The notes under the pieces are model-generated. The model searched no databases, was not told the DNA's origin, and was given only the letters and a program-made list of their open reading frames with translations. DNA of 64,000 bases from Clostridiaceae bacterium (GTDB lineage: Bacteria; Bacillota; Clostridia; Acetivibrionales; DUMC01): NCBI GenBank assembly GCA_012840075.1, contig DUMC01000032.1, positions 126,365 to 190,364 on the forward strand, written 5' to 3'. Below, piece by piece: positions 38,347 through 49,306 of the stretch; the first letter of the stretch is position 1, and each line of letters starts with the position of its first letter. Both the position numbers and the translations under genes were made by a program.

Positions 38347-39756
38347 ATGAATAAAAAACTTGAAGAATTTAAGAAATTTATAAAAAATAAAAGAATAGCC
38401 GTGCTTGGCTTAGGTATCAGCAACACTCCTTTAATTAAGTATTTGCTTGGTCTAAATGCCGATATAACAGCTTTTGACATGGCTGAAGAAAGCCGGTTGC
38501 AAAATACTCTTCAGCAACTTAAAAAGTATGGTAAGTTTGATTATTTCTTAGGCAAAAATTATTTAGAATATCTGAAAGGTTTTGATATTATATTCAAAAC
38601 TCCAAAGATAAGGTTTGATATACCGGAATTGGAAGCTGAAAGAAGCAGAGGTGCTTTAGTTACATCAGAAATGGAAGTTTTTATGGAGCTGTGCCCTGCA
38701 CAAATTATAGGAATAACGGGAAGTGACGGAAAAACCACAACTACAACTATCATCTATAATATACTGAAGGAAGCAGGTTATAACTGCTGGCTTGGGGGAA
38801 ATATCGGAACACCTCTAATAGACAGAATAGAAGAAATCAATGAAGATGATAAAGTGGTTCTGGAGTTAAGCAGCTTTCAGCTACATACTATGAAAATAAG
38901 CCCTCATATATCAGTTATTACTAATATATCACCAAATCATCTTGACGTTCATAAGTCAATGGAAGAATATGTAGAAGCCAAGAAAAATATTTTCCTTCAT
39001 CAAAGGAAAGATGATATAGTTGTTTTAAACTATGATAATGCCATTACCAGCATTTTATGTAAAGATGCTAAAGGCAAAGTAAGATATTTCAGCAGGGTTG
39101 AACTACCGGATTCAGGTGTATTTATCAGAAACGGGACAATTATTTTTAAAGAAGACGGCAATGAAAGAGAAATAATTAAAACAGAAGATATTATTTTGCC
39201 GGGAGTTCATAATATTGAGAATTACCTTGCTGCAATAGCTGCAACTATTGATTTGGCATGTCCTAAAGTTATTGGCAAGGTTGCATCAACTTTCGTAGGG
39301 GTTGAACATAGAAATGAATTTGTAAGGGAAGTCGACGGAGTAAAATTCTATAACGATTCCATCGGAAGTTCCCCAACCAGGACTATAGCTACCCTTAATT
39401 CTTTTGACAAAAAAGTTATTCTAATTGCCGGAGGATATGATAAGCACATACCTTATGATATAATAGGAGAAACAATCATAAATAAAACCAAAGCATTAAT
39501 ACTTTTAGGACAAACCGCTCCTCTTATTGAAAAAGCTGTTATGGATGCAGTAATTGATTATGAAAAAAAGAATAATTCAAAACCACAATTGCCAATATAT
39601 AAAGTAGACACTTTGGAAGAGGCAGTTAAGAAGGCATATAATATAGCATCAAGAGGAGACATAGTTGTTCTGTCTCCTGCCAGTGCAAGTTTTGATATGT
39701 TTAAGAATTTTGAGGAGCGAGGGAATAAATATAAAGAAATAGTAAATTCATTATAA
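38347..39756 (+). CDS. murD: UDP-N-acetylmuramoyl-L-alanine--D-glutamate ligase
   Basis: GITGSDGKTTTT P-loop. The size and layout fit a Mur ligase. Confidence 0.92.
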   Translation: MNKKLEEFKKFIKNKRIAVLGLGISNTPLIKYLLGLNADITAFDMAEESRLQNTLQQLKKYGKFDYFLGKNYLEYLKGFDIIFKTPKIRFDIPELEAERSRGALVTSEMEVFMELCPAQIIGITGSDGKTTTTTIIYNILKEAGYNCWLGGNIGTPLIDRIEEINEDDKVVLELSSFQLHTMKISPHISVITNISPNHLDVHKSMEEYVEAKKNIFLHQRKDDIVVLNYDNAITSILCKDAKGKVRYFSRVELPDSGVFIRNGTIIFKEDGNEREIIKTEDIILPGVHNIENYLAAIAATIDLACPKVIGKVASTFVGVEHRNEFVREVDGVKFYNDSIGSSPTRTIATLNSFDKKVILIAGGYDKHIPYDIIGETIINKTKALILLGQTAPLIEKAVMDAVIDYEKKNNSKPQLPIYKVDTLEEAVKKAYNIASRGDIVVLSPASASFDMFKNFEERGNKYKEIVNSL

Positions 39757-39767
39757 GAGGTGATGAT

Positions 39768-40838
39768 ATGGAAATAAAATCCATATTAAAGGAATTAACT
39801 AAGGAAAACGGTGCAAGTGGATATGAGCACAATGTATCCCAAATTTTGGCAAACCATTTAAGAAAATATTGCGATGATGTGCAGGTAGACAAACTTGGCA
39901 GTGTTATTGGACGAAAAAAAGGCTCAAACCCAAGTAGGAAAATATTGATTACAGCGCACTATGATGAAATTGGGCTGCTAGTAACGAGTATTGATAAAGA
40001 AGGCTTCATCAGATTTACAAAAATCGGCGGAATAGACCCTAAGATACTCCTTGCAACAGAAGTAGTCATACATGGGAAAAATTCCATTCCAGGTGTTATA
40101 GGTGCAAAGCCTCCACATTTATTAAGCCCGGAAGATAGAAATAAAACAATGGGACTTCAAGACCTATACATAGATACAGGTATGAACTACGAGGAAATAA
40201 CGCAATATGTTTCAATAGGAGATTATATAACATTTAAACCTGTTTCGCTGGAACTGAAGTCTAATTACTTTTCATCCAAGGCTTTAGATAATAGGTGTAG
40301 TTTTGCTTCCATGTTGGTAGCACTGGAAGAATTAAAAAATTTGAAACATGAATGTGATATTTATTTTGCTGCAACAGTTCAGGAAGAAATTGGTCTGACA
40401 GGCGGAATTACCGTTTCATATAATATAGATCCTGATATGGCAATTGTTGTAGATGTATGCCATGGGGATATGCCGGATGTTCCAAAGGAAGTAACTTTTC
40501 CTTGCGGAAAAGGTCCTGCTATAGCAGTAGGTCCTGTTTTGAACAAAAAGTTTACAAATAAGCTTATTGACAAGGCTAAATACGAAAACATCAAGTATCA
40601 GATTGATGTAGAACCTGGAGGGACAGGAACTGAAGCATGGGCAACACAGGTTTCACGCTGCGGTATACCGACTGTGCTGATATCCATTCCATTAAGATAT
40701 ATGCATACAGCCGTTGAAACACTAAATATTACCGATTTAACTGAGACAGGAAAGCTTATTGCAAGATTTGCAGCATCATTGACTGATGAAGACTTTGAAA
40801 AGAAGGAGGAAATACCGGCATGGATATGCAAATTTTGA
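39768..40838 (+). CDS. M42 family metallopeptidase (paralog 1)
   Basis: ENGASGYE, AHYDEIG, ALDNR and TVQEEIGLTGG motifs. Confidence 0.88.
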   Translation: MEIKSILKELTKENGASGYEHNVSQILANHLRKYCDDVQVDKLGSVIGRKKGSNPSRKILITAHYDEIGLLVTSIDKEGFIRFTKIGGIDPKILLATEVVIHGKNSIPGVIGAKPPHLLSPEDRNKTMGLQDLYIDTGMNYEEITQYVSIGDYITFKPVSLELKSNYFSSKALDNRCSFASMLVALEELKNLKHECDIYFAATVQEEIGLTGGITVSYNIDPDMAIVVDVCHGDMPDVPKEVTFPCGKGPAIAVGPVLNKKFTNKLIDKAKYENIKYQIDVEPGGTGTEAWATQVSRCGIPTVLISIPLRYMHTAVETLNITDLTETGKLIARFAASLTDEDFEKKEEIPAWICKF

Positions 40839-41878
40839 AAGAACTGACAGAACTTAACGGAGTATCAGGTAATGAAGAAGCTGTCAGGGATTATATAAAA
40901 AACAGGATTACTCCTTATACAGATGGAATTTATGTGGATGCTCTTGGTAATTTAATCGCATATAAGAAAGGAAAATCTTCTAATATAAAAGTGATGCTGT
41001 CAGCTCACATGGATGAAGTCGGTTTTATGGTAACAGGATACACAGACACCGGTTTACTGAAATTTACAAATATAGGCGGGGTAGATGAAAGGATACTTCC
41101 GGGGAAAGCAGTACTAGTAGGCAAGGATAATATACCGGGAGTGATCAGCGCAAAAGCCATACATTTGCAAGAAAAGGAAAAATTCAAAAGAAATTGGAAG
41201 ATGAAAAATTTATATATTGATATTGGCGCTGAAAAAAAAGAAGAAGCGGAAAAAGTTGCACCACTCGGAGAGTATATAGCATTTAAAAGTGAGTTTCAAG
41301 AATTTGGGAAAAATTGTGTAAAAGCTAAGGCTCTTGATGACAGAGTCGGCTGTGCAATACTTATGGAAGCTTTAAAAGAAACCTATGATTTTAATCTATA
41401 TGCATGCTTTACGGTTCAAGAAGAGATCGGATTAAGAGGAGCCGAAACAGCCGCATACACAGTGAAACCGGATATTGCACTGGTTTTTGAAGGGACAACT
41501 TGTTCCGATGTTCCTGAAACGGATAAACATCTTCATTCTACAAGACTAGGAAAGGGTGCTGTTATAACAATAATTGACGGCAGCTCCTATGCAGATAAAG
41601 ACCTTGTAAATTATATTTATAATATTGCAAAAGATAAAAATATACCTGTCCAATTTAAAGAGACAGCCACAGGCGGCAATGATGCCGGAAAAATTCAAAG
41701 GACAAGAGCAGGTGTAAAGGTTGCAATTATCTCTGTACCTTGTAGATACATTCATTCCCCGGTATCATTAATGGCTAAAAGTGATTTTGAAAGTGCAATG
41801 AAGCTTGCTGTTGAGACATTAAAAGATATGAGTTCCAATGGGGATAATTTGAAAAAATTGCTAAAGGAGGATAAATAA
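40820..41878 (+). CDS. M42 family metallopeptidase (paralog 2)
   Basis: LNGVSGNEE, AHMDEVG, ALDDR, TVQEEIGLRGA. It overlaps paralog 1 by 19 nt. Confidence 0.88.
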   Translation: MDMQILKELTELNGVSGNEEAVRDYIKNRITPYTDGIYVDALGNLIAYKKGKSSNIKVMLSAHMDEVGFMVTGYTDTGLLKFTNIGGVDERILPGKAVLVGKDNIPGVISAKAIHLQEKEKFKRNWKMKNLYIDIGAEKKEEAEKVAPLGEYIAFKSEFQEFGKNCVKAKALDDRVGCAILMEALKETYDFNLYACFTVQEEIGLRGAETAAYTVKPDIALVFEGTTCSDVPETDKHLHSTRLGKGAVITIIDGSSYADKDLVNYIYNIAKDKNIPVQFKETATGGNDAGKIQRTRAGVKVAIISVPCRYIHSPVSLMAKSDFESAMKLAVETLKDMSSNGDNLKKLLKEDK

Positions 41879-42877
41879 ATGTACGAATTATTGAATAGAT
41901 TAACCCAAACATTTGGAGTATCAGGTAATGAAGAACCTATAAGAGAACTTATCATCAATGAAATAAAAGATAAAGTTGACGAGATAAAAACAGATGCATT
42001 AGGAAATTTGATAGCTTTGAAGAAAGGTAATGCCGATGCACAAAACCACAAAAAATTCATGATTGCCGCACATATGGACGAGATCGGGGTCATTGCAACT
42101 CATATCGATGATAAGGGCTATATAAGATTTTCTAACATAGGAGGAGTTTCTCCTTACACATCTATCGGTCAGAAAGTTGAATTCAAGAACGGCATAACAG
42201 GAGTTGTTTCTTATGAGCAAAAACTCGATGACATCAAAAACCTTAAACTTTCCAAAATGTATATAGATATCGGCACCAAAAGCCGTGAAGAAACGGAGAA
42301 GTTTGTTAAAATAGGTGATACCGCTTGTTTTTGTGGAAGTTTTGTAAAACAAGGTGATTTTGCAATATCCAAAGCCATGGATAATAGAGCAGGTTGCGCT
42401 GTAGCAACTGAAGTAATAAACATATTAAGCAAAACTGGAACAGACAATGATATCTATTTTGTATTTACCGTCCAGGAAGAGCTTGGCTTGAGAGGGGCGA
42501 AGACTGCAGCTTATCAAATAATGCCTGATTATGCGATAGCAGTCGATGTTACAAGAACCGGCGATACTCCTGAATCCCATATTATGGAAGTAAAACTGGG
42601 AGAAGGACCGGCAATAAAGATAAAAGATAGTTCTATTCTTTGTCACCCTGCAGTAAAGAGCTTGCTTGAAGCTGCAGCTAAAAGGGCTAACATTCCATAT
42701 CAGTATGAGATCCTGGAGGGCGGCGGAACGGATGTGGGAGCAATACATACCACGGGAGGAGGAGTACCTTCAGGAGCAGTATCCATACCTACCAGATATA
42801 TTCACAGCCCAACGGAAATGATTTCATTAAAGGACTTGGAAAATGCTGCAAAACTTGTAGCTGAAGCAGTAAGATGA
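41879..42877 (+). CDS. M42 family metallopeptidase (paralog 3)
   Basis: FGVSGNEE, AHMDEIG, AMDNR, TVQEELGLRGA. The ATG starts immediately after the paralog 2 stop codon. Confidence 0.88.
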   Translation: MYELLNRLTQTFGVSGNEEPIRELIINEIKDKVDEIKTDALGNLIALKKGNADAQNHKKFMIAAHMDEIGVIATHIDDKGYIRFSNIGGVSPYTSIGQKVEFKNGITGVVSYEQKLDDIKNLKLSKMYIDIGTKSREETEKFVKIGDTACFCGSFVKQGDFAISKAMDNRAGCAVATEVINILSKTGTDNDIYFVFTVQEELGLRGAKTAAYQIMPDYAIAVDVTRTGDTPESHIMEVKLGEGPAIKIKDSSILCHPAVKSLLEAAAKRANIPYQYEILEGGGTDVGAIHTTGGGVPSGAVSIPTRYIHSPTEMISLKDLENAAKLVAEAVR

Positions 42878-42945
42878 TAAAGCATGTGCTTAAAATATAA
42901 GCAAAAAGATTTGTTAAACAAAAGTTTATTTATAATCCTTATAAT

Positions 42946-42988
42946 CCTCAACAGAGTTACAACTGTCTAACTTTGTTGGGGATTTTTT
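42946..42988 (+). terminator. rho-independent terminator after M42 cluster
   Basis: 14-bp stem CCTCAACAGAGTTA/TAACTTTGTTGGGG (one G-U and one mismatch) followed by ATTTTTT. Confidence 0.8.
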
Positions 42989-43297
42989 CCTGCATTGAAA
43001 GGTATAGATCAACTGATAATGATACTAAAAGAAAATTGTTGATATCATATATTATACAAAAGTATTCTTTTGTATAAATATTATAATATTTCATTCATTC
43101 GCTAAAAAACAGAAAATTGATGTATGCAAAAAATCAAAAAAAGCACTTTATTTTTTTCCACTTGTATTATAAAATATGTATTATTAGTATAGGTTTTGAG
43201 TAGTATGGTAGATTTAAGTAACCTGGTAGAATGGTGTAATTAAATTTTTTATTAATTATTTATTTCAATCAATTATTAGGATGGAAGGATGGTAGGA

Positions 43298-44776
43298 ATG
43301 TCTAAATTTATTCTTCTGGGGTTATTTTTTATTTTCATGGTCGCTGTAGGAATATACAGCAGGAAGAAAGTATCAAATTCCAATGATTTTCTATTGGGCG
43401 GAAGAAAGGTAGGTCCTTGGTTTTCTGCTTTTTCATATGGCACGACATATTTTTCAGCAGTCATTTTTATCGGATATGCAGGCAGAATTGGCTGGAACTT
43501 CGGTATTTCCGCTACCTGGATAGGTATAGGAAATGCAGTTATAGGGAGTTTGCTCGCCTGGTTAATCATGGCTAAAAGGACCCGTCAAATGACTCAAGAA
43601 ATGAATGCCTCTACAATGCCTGAATTCTTTGAAAAAAGATATGACAGTAAGCCGATGAAAATTATCACAGGAGCGATTATATTTATCTTCCTTGTTCCTT
43701 ACACAGCTTCTGTATACCAAGGTTTAGGATATCTTTTTGAACAAGCTTTTAAAGTGTCATATGTATATTGCATGCTAGCCATGGCAGTTCTTACAGGCAT
43801 TTATTTAATGCTTGGCGGTTATATTGCCACTGCTTTGAATAACTTTATCCAGGGTATTATCATGCTTGCCGGAGTAATAGCGATGTTGTATTATATAATT
43901 TCCAACCCTGCCGTAGGAGGATTAGGTGAAGGTATATCCAGGCTCGCTTCCATTAACCCTGATCTTACATCACCAGTCGGCCCGTCACCAATTAATCTTC
44001 TAGGGCTTGTTACACTAACAAGCTTGGGGTCATGGGGCTTACCCCAAATGGTTCATAAATTCTATGCAATTAAAGATGAAAGTGCAATAAAAAAAGGGAC
44101 AATAATTTCTACTCTGTTTTGCCTAATTATAGCTGGGGGAGCTTATTTTGTCGGAGGATTCGGAAGGTTGTTCTTTCAATATAATAATACTGCGGTACCC
44201 GGCAATTCAGATATGATAATGCCTATGGTACTTGAATGGGCACTTCCTGATGCACTATTTGGATTAATAATAGTATTAGTACTTTCAGCATCTATGTCAA
44301 CTCTTTCATCTCTTGTTTTGGTATCTAGCTCGTCGGTGACCATAGACCTTTTAAAAAGCACCGTATACCAAAACATGAGTAAAAAGACGGAAATGTTACT
44401 TTTAAGAATATTCTGTGTCATATTTGTAATTTTCTCATTTATAGTTGCAATTACACCAAATGCCATACTTACTCTTATGTCCTTTTCATGGGGGACTATA
44501 TCAGGAGCATTCATAGGTCCGTTCTTATATGGCCTTTATTGGAAAGGTACTACCAAAGCAGGTGCATGGGCAGGAATAATTTCAGGTTTAATCTGTTCAC
44601 TTGGAGGCGCTCTGTTATATGGAATGAATGCAGGTCTTGCACCTAATATCGGGGCAGTGGCTATGATAGTATCATTAATAACCGTACCTATAGTTAGCGC
44701 AGTTACTTCAAAGAGCACGGAAGTTATAACCTCCAAAACAACTGCTCCTGTAACGGAAACCGTCAGGATAGAATGA
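43298..44776 (+). CDS. sodium:solute symporter family transporter
   Basis: About 13 TM segments. The N-terminus FLLGGRKVGPWFSAFSYGTTYFSAVIFIGYAG is typical of SSF (PanF/PutP-like). The substrate cannot be determined. Confidence 0.8.
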   Translation: MSKFILLGLFFIFMVAVGIYSRKKVSNSNDFLLGGRKVGPWFSAFSYGTTYFSAVIFIGYAGRIGWNFGISATWIGIGNAVIGSLLAWLIMAKRTRQMTQEMNASTMPEFFEKRYDSKPMKIITGAIIFIFLVPYTASVYQGLGYLFEQAFKVSYVYCMLAMAVLTGIYLMLGGYIATALNNFIQGIIMLAGVIAMLYYIISNPAVGGLGEGISRLASINPDLTSPVGPSPINLLGLVTLTSLGSWGLPQMVHKFYAIKDESAIKKGTIISTLFCLIIAGGAYFVGGFGRLFFQYNNTAVPGNSDMIMPMVLEWALPDALFGLIIVLVLSASMSTLSSLVLVSSSSVTIDLLKSTVYQNMSKKTEMLLLRIFCVIFVIFSFIVAITPNAILTLMSFSWGTISGAFIGPFLYGLYWKGTTKAGAWAGIISGLICSLGGALLYGMNAGLAPNIGAVAMIVSLITVPIVSAVTSKSTEVITSKTTAPVTETVRIE

Positions 44777-44854
44777 CGTAAAAATAAGGTTAGATTTATG
44801 TGTTGATTTTACGCTTATTTTGAAGTAGAATAAATTAATGATTTATTTACGCTA

Positions 44855-44897
44855 ACATCTCGTAAAATAAATCATGTTTTACGAGATGTAACTTTTT
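44855..44897 (+). terminator. rho-independent terminator after symporter gene
   Basis: Perfect 13-bp stem ACATCTCGTAAAA/TTTTACGAGATGT followed by AACTTTTT. Confidence 0.75.
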
Positions 44898-45024
44898 ATT
44901 ATAATAGCTTTTAAGTAGTGCATTAATTTCAATTTACTAATGCTAATTACTGCGGTTTTATTACGATATCTACTTATAAAATACTTTTTGCTTAAAAAGA
45001 GCAATTTTTTATGGGGGTTTATAA

Positions 45025-46773
45025 ATGAAAAAATTAATGTTGGGTAATGAGGCTGTAGCAAGAGGAGCATACGAAGCGGGTGTAACTGTTGCCACTGCTT
45101 ATCCTGGCACACCAAGTACTGAGATAACGGAAAACATTGCTAAATACGACGAAATTTATTCAGAGTGGTCACCAAATGAAAAAGTGGCATTAGAAGTTGC
45201 AATTGGTGCTTCCATAGCCGGAGCCCGTGCCATATGCTCAATGAAACACGTAGGTCTTAATGTTGCTGCTGACCCGCTTTTTACCGTATCTTATACAGGA
45301 GTCAACGGTGGTTTGGTAATAGTAGTTGCTGATGATCCTGGAATGCACAGTTCACAAAATGAACAAGACAGCAGACACTATGCCAGAGCTGCCAAAGTTC
45401 CCATGCTCGAGCCTGCTGACAGCCAAGAGTGTAAGGATTTTGTAAAAGAAGCTTATAAAATAAGTGAGACTTTTGATACTCCGGTTATTATAAGGCTCAC
45501 TACCAGAATTGCCCATTCAAGAAGCCTGGTTGAGGTTAGTGAAAAAGAAAATTATGCGTTAAAAGACTACAAGAAGGATTTTAACAAATATGTAATGATG
45601 CCTGCCATGGCAAGAAAAAGGCATGTAATAGTTGAAAAAAGAATAGATGACCTTAAGGATTTTGCAGATAAAACCAATCTCAACCGGATAGAATGGGGAA
45701 GTAAGGAAATCGGTATCATTACAAGCGGTATAGCTTATCAGTATTCCAAAGAAGCATTAGGCGAAAATGCTTCTTACCTAAAACTTGGCATGGTTTATCC
45801 GTTGCCTGTTGAATTAATTAAAAAATTTGCAAGTGAAGTAAAAACACTTTATGTAATTGAAGAATTGGAACCTTTTATCGAAGACTTAGCAAAAAAAGAA
45901 GGTATTAAAGTAATTGGCAAAGAGTTGTTCCCTTTAGTAGGAGAGTTAAGTGCCAATTTAATCAGGGAAAAGATTTTAGGTATCAACGAAAACAGTACAA
46001 ATGAAATAAACATGCCTATCCCCACACGTCCACCTGTATTATGCCCAGGTTGTCCTCACAGAGGCGTGTTTTATGTATTAAAAAAGCTTAAGCTTACAGT
46101 TACGGGTGATATCGGATGCTATACTCTGGGTGCTTTGCCACCTCTTGAAAGTATGGACACATGCGTCTGTATGGGTGCAAGTATTGGAATGGCTCATGGC
46201 TTTGAAAAAGCAAGGGCAAGAGAATTTGGTAAAAAGACTGTTGCTGTTATAGGGGATTCTACATTTATACATTCAGGAATAACCGGTTTAATTGATATTG
46301 TATATAATAAAGGAAATTCAACCGTGATTATTCTTGACAACTCTATAACCGGAATGACCGGTCATCAGCACAACCCATGTAGTGGTTTTACAATTAAAAA
46401 TGAACCAACAAAACAAGTTGATTTAGAAAAATTAGCATATGCCATCGGCATAGAAAGAGTAAAAATTGTAGACACTTATAATCTTAAGGAGCTTGAATCC
46501 GTTATAAGAGAAGAAATAGCGGCTGAAGAGCCTTCCCTTATCATAGCTCAAAGACCGTGTGCATTGTTAAAGAACGTAAAATTTAAAGGTCCCTTGAGGA
46601 TAAACAGGGAAAAGTGCAAATTATGCAAGATATGCATGAGAATAGCCTGCCCTGCAATAGTGGATAACGGCAGCTATATTGAAGTTAATGAAGCACTTTG
46701 CGTTGGTTGTGATTTATGCACTAAAGTCTGCAACTTCAATGCTTTTGAAAGGGTAGGTGATAACAATGACTAA
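45025..46773 (+). CDS. iorA: indolepyruvate ferredoxin oxidoreductase, alpha subunit
   Basis: 582 aa with a TPP region GDSTFIHSG and two C-terminal ferredoxin motifs (CKLCKICMRIACP, CVGCDLCTKVC). Confidence 0.9.
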   Translation: MKKLMLGNEAVARGAYEAGVTVATAYPGTPSTEITENIAKYDEIYSEWSPNEKVALEVAIGASIAGARAICSMKHVGLNVAADPLFTVSYTGVNGGLVIVVADDPGMHSSQNEQDSRHYARAAKVPMLEPADSQECKDFVKEAYKISETFDTPVIIRLTTRIAHSRSLVEVSEKENYALKDYKKDFNKYVMMPAMARKRHVIVEKRIDDLKDFADKTNLNRIEWGSKEIGIITSGIAYQYSKEALGENASYLKLGMVYPLPVELIKKFASEVKTLYVIEELEPFIEDLAKKEGIKVIGKELFPLVGELSANLIREKILGINENSTNEINMPIPTRPPVLCPGCPHRGVFYVLKKLKLTVTGDIGCYTLGALPPLESMDTCVCMGASIGMAHGFEKARAREFGKKTVAVIGDSTFIHSGITGLIDIVYNKGNSTVIILDNSITGMTGHQHNPCSGFTIKNEPTKQVDLEKLAYAIGIERVKIVDTYNLKELESVIREEIAAEEPSLIIAQRPCALLKNVKFKGPLRINREKCKLCKICMRIACPAIVDNGSYIEVNEALCVGCDLCTKVCNFNAFERVGDNND

Positions 46774-47350
46774 TCTTAGCATAATGATAGTTGGGGTTGG
46801 AGGCCAGGGATCCTTACTTGCCAGCAAAATGATCGGCACTGTTGCAATGAAGAAAAATTTTGATGTAAAAGTATCAGAAGTACACGGTATGTCCCAAAGA
46901 GGTGGCAGTGTAGTAACATACGTAAGACTCGGTGAAAAAATTAATTCACCGTTAATAGAGCAAAACAGTGCGGATATTATTATGGCTTTTGAGAAGCTTG
47001 AAGCATTAAGGTGGATCAAGTACCTAAAAGAAGACGGAAAACTAATAATAAACGATCAGAGAATTGATCCGATGCCTGTAATAACAGGTAAAGAAAAGTA
47101 TCCCGAAGGGATTATTGAGTTTCTTAAGAGTAAATACAAAGATAATGTAATAAGTATTGATGCATTAAAAGTAGCAAAAGAATTAGGCAATTTACGCGTA
47201 GTCAATATGGTTTTAATAGGCATATTGGCAAGTAAGACTTCTATAGAAAAAGAAGTATGGCTTGAAGCTTTAAGAGAGGTATTGCCGGCAAAGCTTCAAA
47301 GTGTAAATGAGAAAGCTTTTGAAATAGGATATAATTTTGCTGTCAAATAA
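46766..47350 (+). CDS. iorB: indolepyruvate oxidoreductase, beta subunit
   Basis: MTNLSIMIVGVGGQGSLLAS... The ATG overlaps the iorA stop by 8 nt. Confidence 0.88.
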   Translation: MTNLSIMIVGVGGQGSLLASKMIGTVAMKKNFDVKVSEVHGMSQRGGSVVTYVRLGEKINSPLIEQNSADIIMAFEKLEALRWIKYLKEDGKLIINDQRIDPMPVITGKEKYPEGIIEFLKSKYKDNVISIDALKVAKELGNLRVVNMVLIGILASKTSIEKEVWLEALREVLPAKLQSVNEKAFEIGYNFAVK

Positions 47351-47449
47351 CTTGAAGTTTAGCATTGAAGTTAAACGACAAAGTTAGCAGCTGATGAAAT
47401 ATATTTTTGTTAAAAGAATATTAAACGGGTATTGGGAGGTAAGGATTAT

Positions 47450-48751
47450 ATGCAATACTGGAACCCTACGTATGAATGTATGAGTAGGGAAGACATAAGA
47501 AGAGTTCAGTTTGAAAGATTGGTGGAAACAGTTAAAAGAGTATATCATAACGTACCACACTATAGAAATAAAATGCAGGCAAAAGGAATTGAACCAGGTG
47601 ACATAAAGTCACTTGATGATTTGAAAAGTTTACCTTTTACCTACAAAGATGACTTAAGAGTGACTTATCCTTTCGGGATGTTTGCCGTTCCTTTAAGTGA
47701 AATAATAAGAATTCATGCTTCTTCGGGTACTACAGGTAAACAAACCGTTGTCGGTTATACCAGAAAGGATATCGAAACGTGGTCTGAAGTAACTGCCCGT
47801 GCTTTAGTTTGTGCAGGAGCAGATAAAAATTCCATAGTTCAAGTAGCTTATGGGTATGGGCTTTTTACCGGCGGTCTTGGGTTGCATTACGGTACGGAAA
47901 AAATAGGCGCTGCAGTTATACCTATATCGGGAGGTAATACAAAAAGACAAATCCAAATAATGAAGGATTTTGGCACAACCATATTAGCTTGCACCCCGTC
48001 ATATGCTCTCTATATTGCCGAAGAGCTGCATGAAGCTGGTATAAAGAAGGAAGATCTTAAACTAAAAGCCGGTATATTTGGCGCAGAACCTTGGTCTGAG
48101 CAGATGAGGAGAGAAATAGAGGAACAACTGGGAATTCTTGCTATTGACATATATGGATTAAGTGAAGTAATAGGTCCCGGTGTTGCCTGTGAATGTAAAT
48201 ATAAATGCGGTTTGCATATTAATGAAGACCATTTTATACCGGAAATTATAGATCCTGAAACGGAGGAAGTACTTCCCGAAGGATCTGTCGGGGAACTTGT
48301 ATTTACTACCATAACTAAAGAAGGATTACCGCTTATAAGATACCGCACAAGGGATATCTCATCATTGAATTATGAACGATGTGAATGTGGAAGGACTTTT
48401 GTCAGAATGGAAAAAGTGTGCGGTAGAACGGATGATATGATTATAGTAAGAGGTGTTAATGTTTTCCCGTCACAGATAGAAAGCGTTTTACTCGAATTGG
48501 GAGAAACCGCTCCTCACTATCAATTGGTGGTTGACAGAGTAGGCAAACTTGATATGCTGGAAGTACGAGTTGAAATGACACCTCAGATGTTTTCCGACAA
48601 GGTAAAGAATATTGAGAGCGTGGAAAAACGTATAAGAAGTGCCATAGAAAGTACCCTTGGTATTAGCACCAAAGTTACATTAGTAGAACCAAAATCTATT
48701 GCAAGAAGTGAAGGCAAGGCTAAGAGAGTAATTGACAATCGCAAGATTTAA
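47450..48751 (+). CDS. paaK: phenylacetate--CoA ligase family protein
   Basis: [38 protein letters not shown] after GGGAGG. Confidence 0.9.
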   Translation: MQYWNPTYECMSREDIRRVQFERLVETVKRVYHNVPHYRNKMQAKGIEPGDIKSLDDLKSLPFTYKDDLRVTYPFGMFAVPLSEIIRIHASSGTTGKQTVVGYTRKDIETWSEVTARALVCAGADKNSIVQVAYGYGLFTGGLGLHYGTEKIGAAVIPISGGNTKRQIQIMKDFGTTILACTPSYALYIAEELHEAGIKKEDLKLKAGIFGAEPWSEQMRREIEEQLGILAIDIYGLSEVIGPGVACECKYKCGLHINEDHFIPEIIDPETEEVLPEGSVGELVFTTITKEGLPLIRYRTRDISSLNYERCECGRTFVRMEKVCGRTDDMIIVRGVNVFPSQIESVLLELGETAPHYQLVVDRVGKLDMLEVRVEMTPQMFSDKVKNIESVEKRIRSAIESTLGISTKVTLVEPKSIARSEGKAKRVIDNRKI

Positions 48752-48793
48752 ATGTGATTTAAGAGGTGATTAAAACAAAAGGGGTGATCTAAA

Positions 48794-49222
48794 TTGGTAA
48801 AACAAATTTCTATTTTTCTTGAAAATAAATCGGGAAGGTTAGCTCATGTTACGAAGGTCTTAGGCGAAAACGGTATCGATATAAGTGCTTTGTCCATCGC
48901 TGATACAACAGACTTTGGAATACTTCGGCTTATTGTGAATAATCCTGAAAAAGCCGAAGAAGTATTAAAAAAAGAGGGCTTTTCAGTAGGTTTGACAGAT
49001 GTAATTGCTATATCGGTAGAAGACAAACCCGGCGGATTATACAAGGCATTAGCAATACTTGCAGAACATTCAATAGGCATAGAATACATATATGCCTTTG
49101 TAGGGAAACGAGAAAATGAAGCACTTGTTATATTACGTCCTGATAAACCTTGCGAAGCAATTAAAGTATTAACTGAAAAAAATATTAAAGTATTAGAGCA
49201 AGAAGATGTTTATAATTTATAA
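48794..49222 (+). CDS. ACT domain-containing protein
   Basis: 142 aa with two ACT-like halves (ISIFLENKSGRLAHVTKVLGENGIDI, ISVEDKPGGLYKALAILAEHSIGI). Confidence 0.8.
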   Translation: MVKQISIFLENKSGRLAHVTKVLGENGIDISALSIADTTDFGILRLIVNNPEKAEEVLKKEGFSVGLTDVIAISVEDKPGGLYKALAILAEHSIGIEYIYAFVGKRENEALVILRPDKPCEAIKVLTEKNIKVLEQEDVYNL

Positions 49223-49306
49223 ACGGTAAATGTAATTTATAGTAATAATTTAATTTGTAGTAATTTAAAGATGGTAAACGGAGTCAGGTTAGGAGGCAAG
49301 TGGGAT

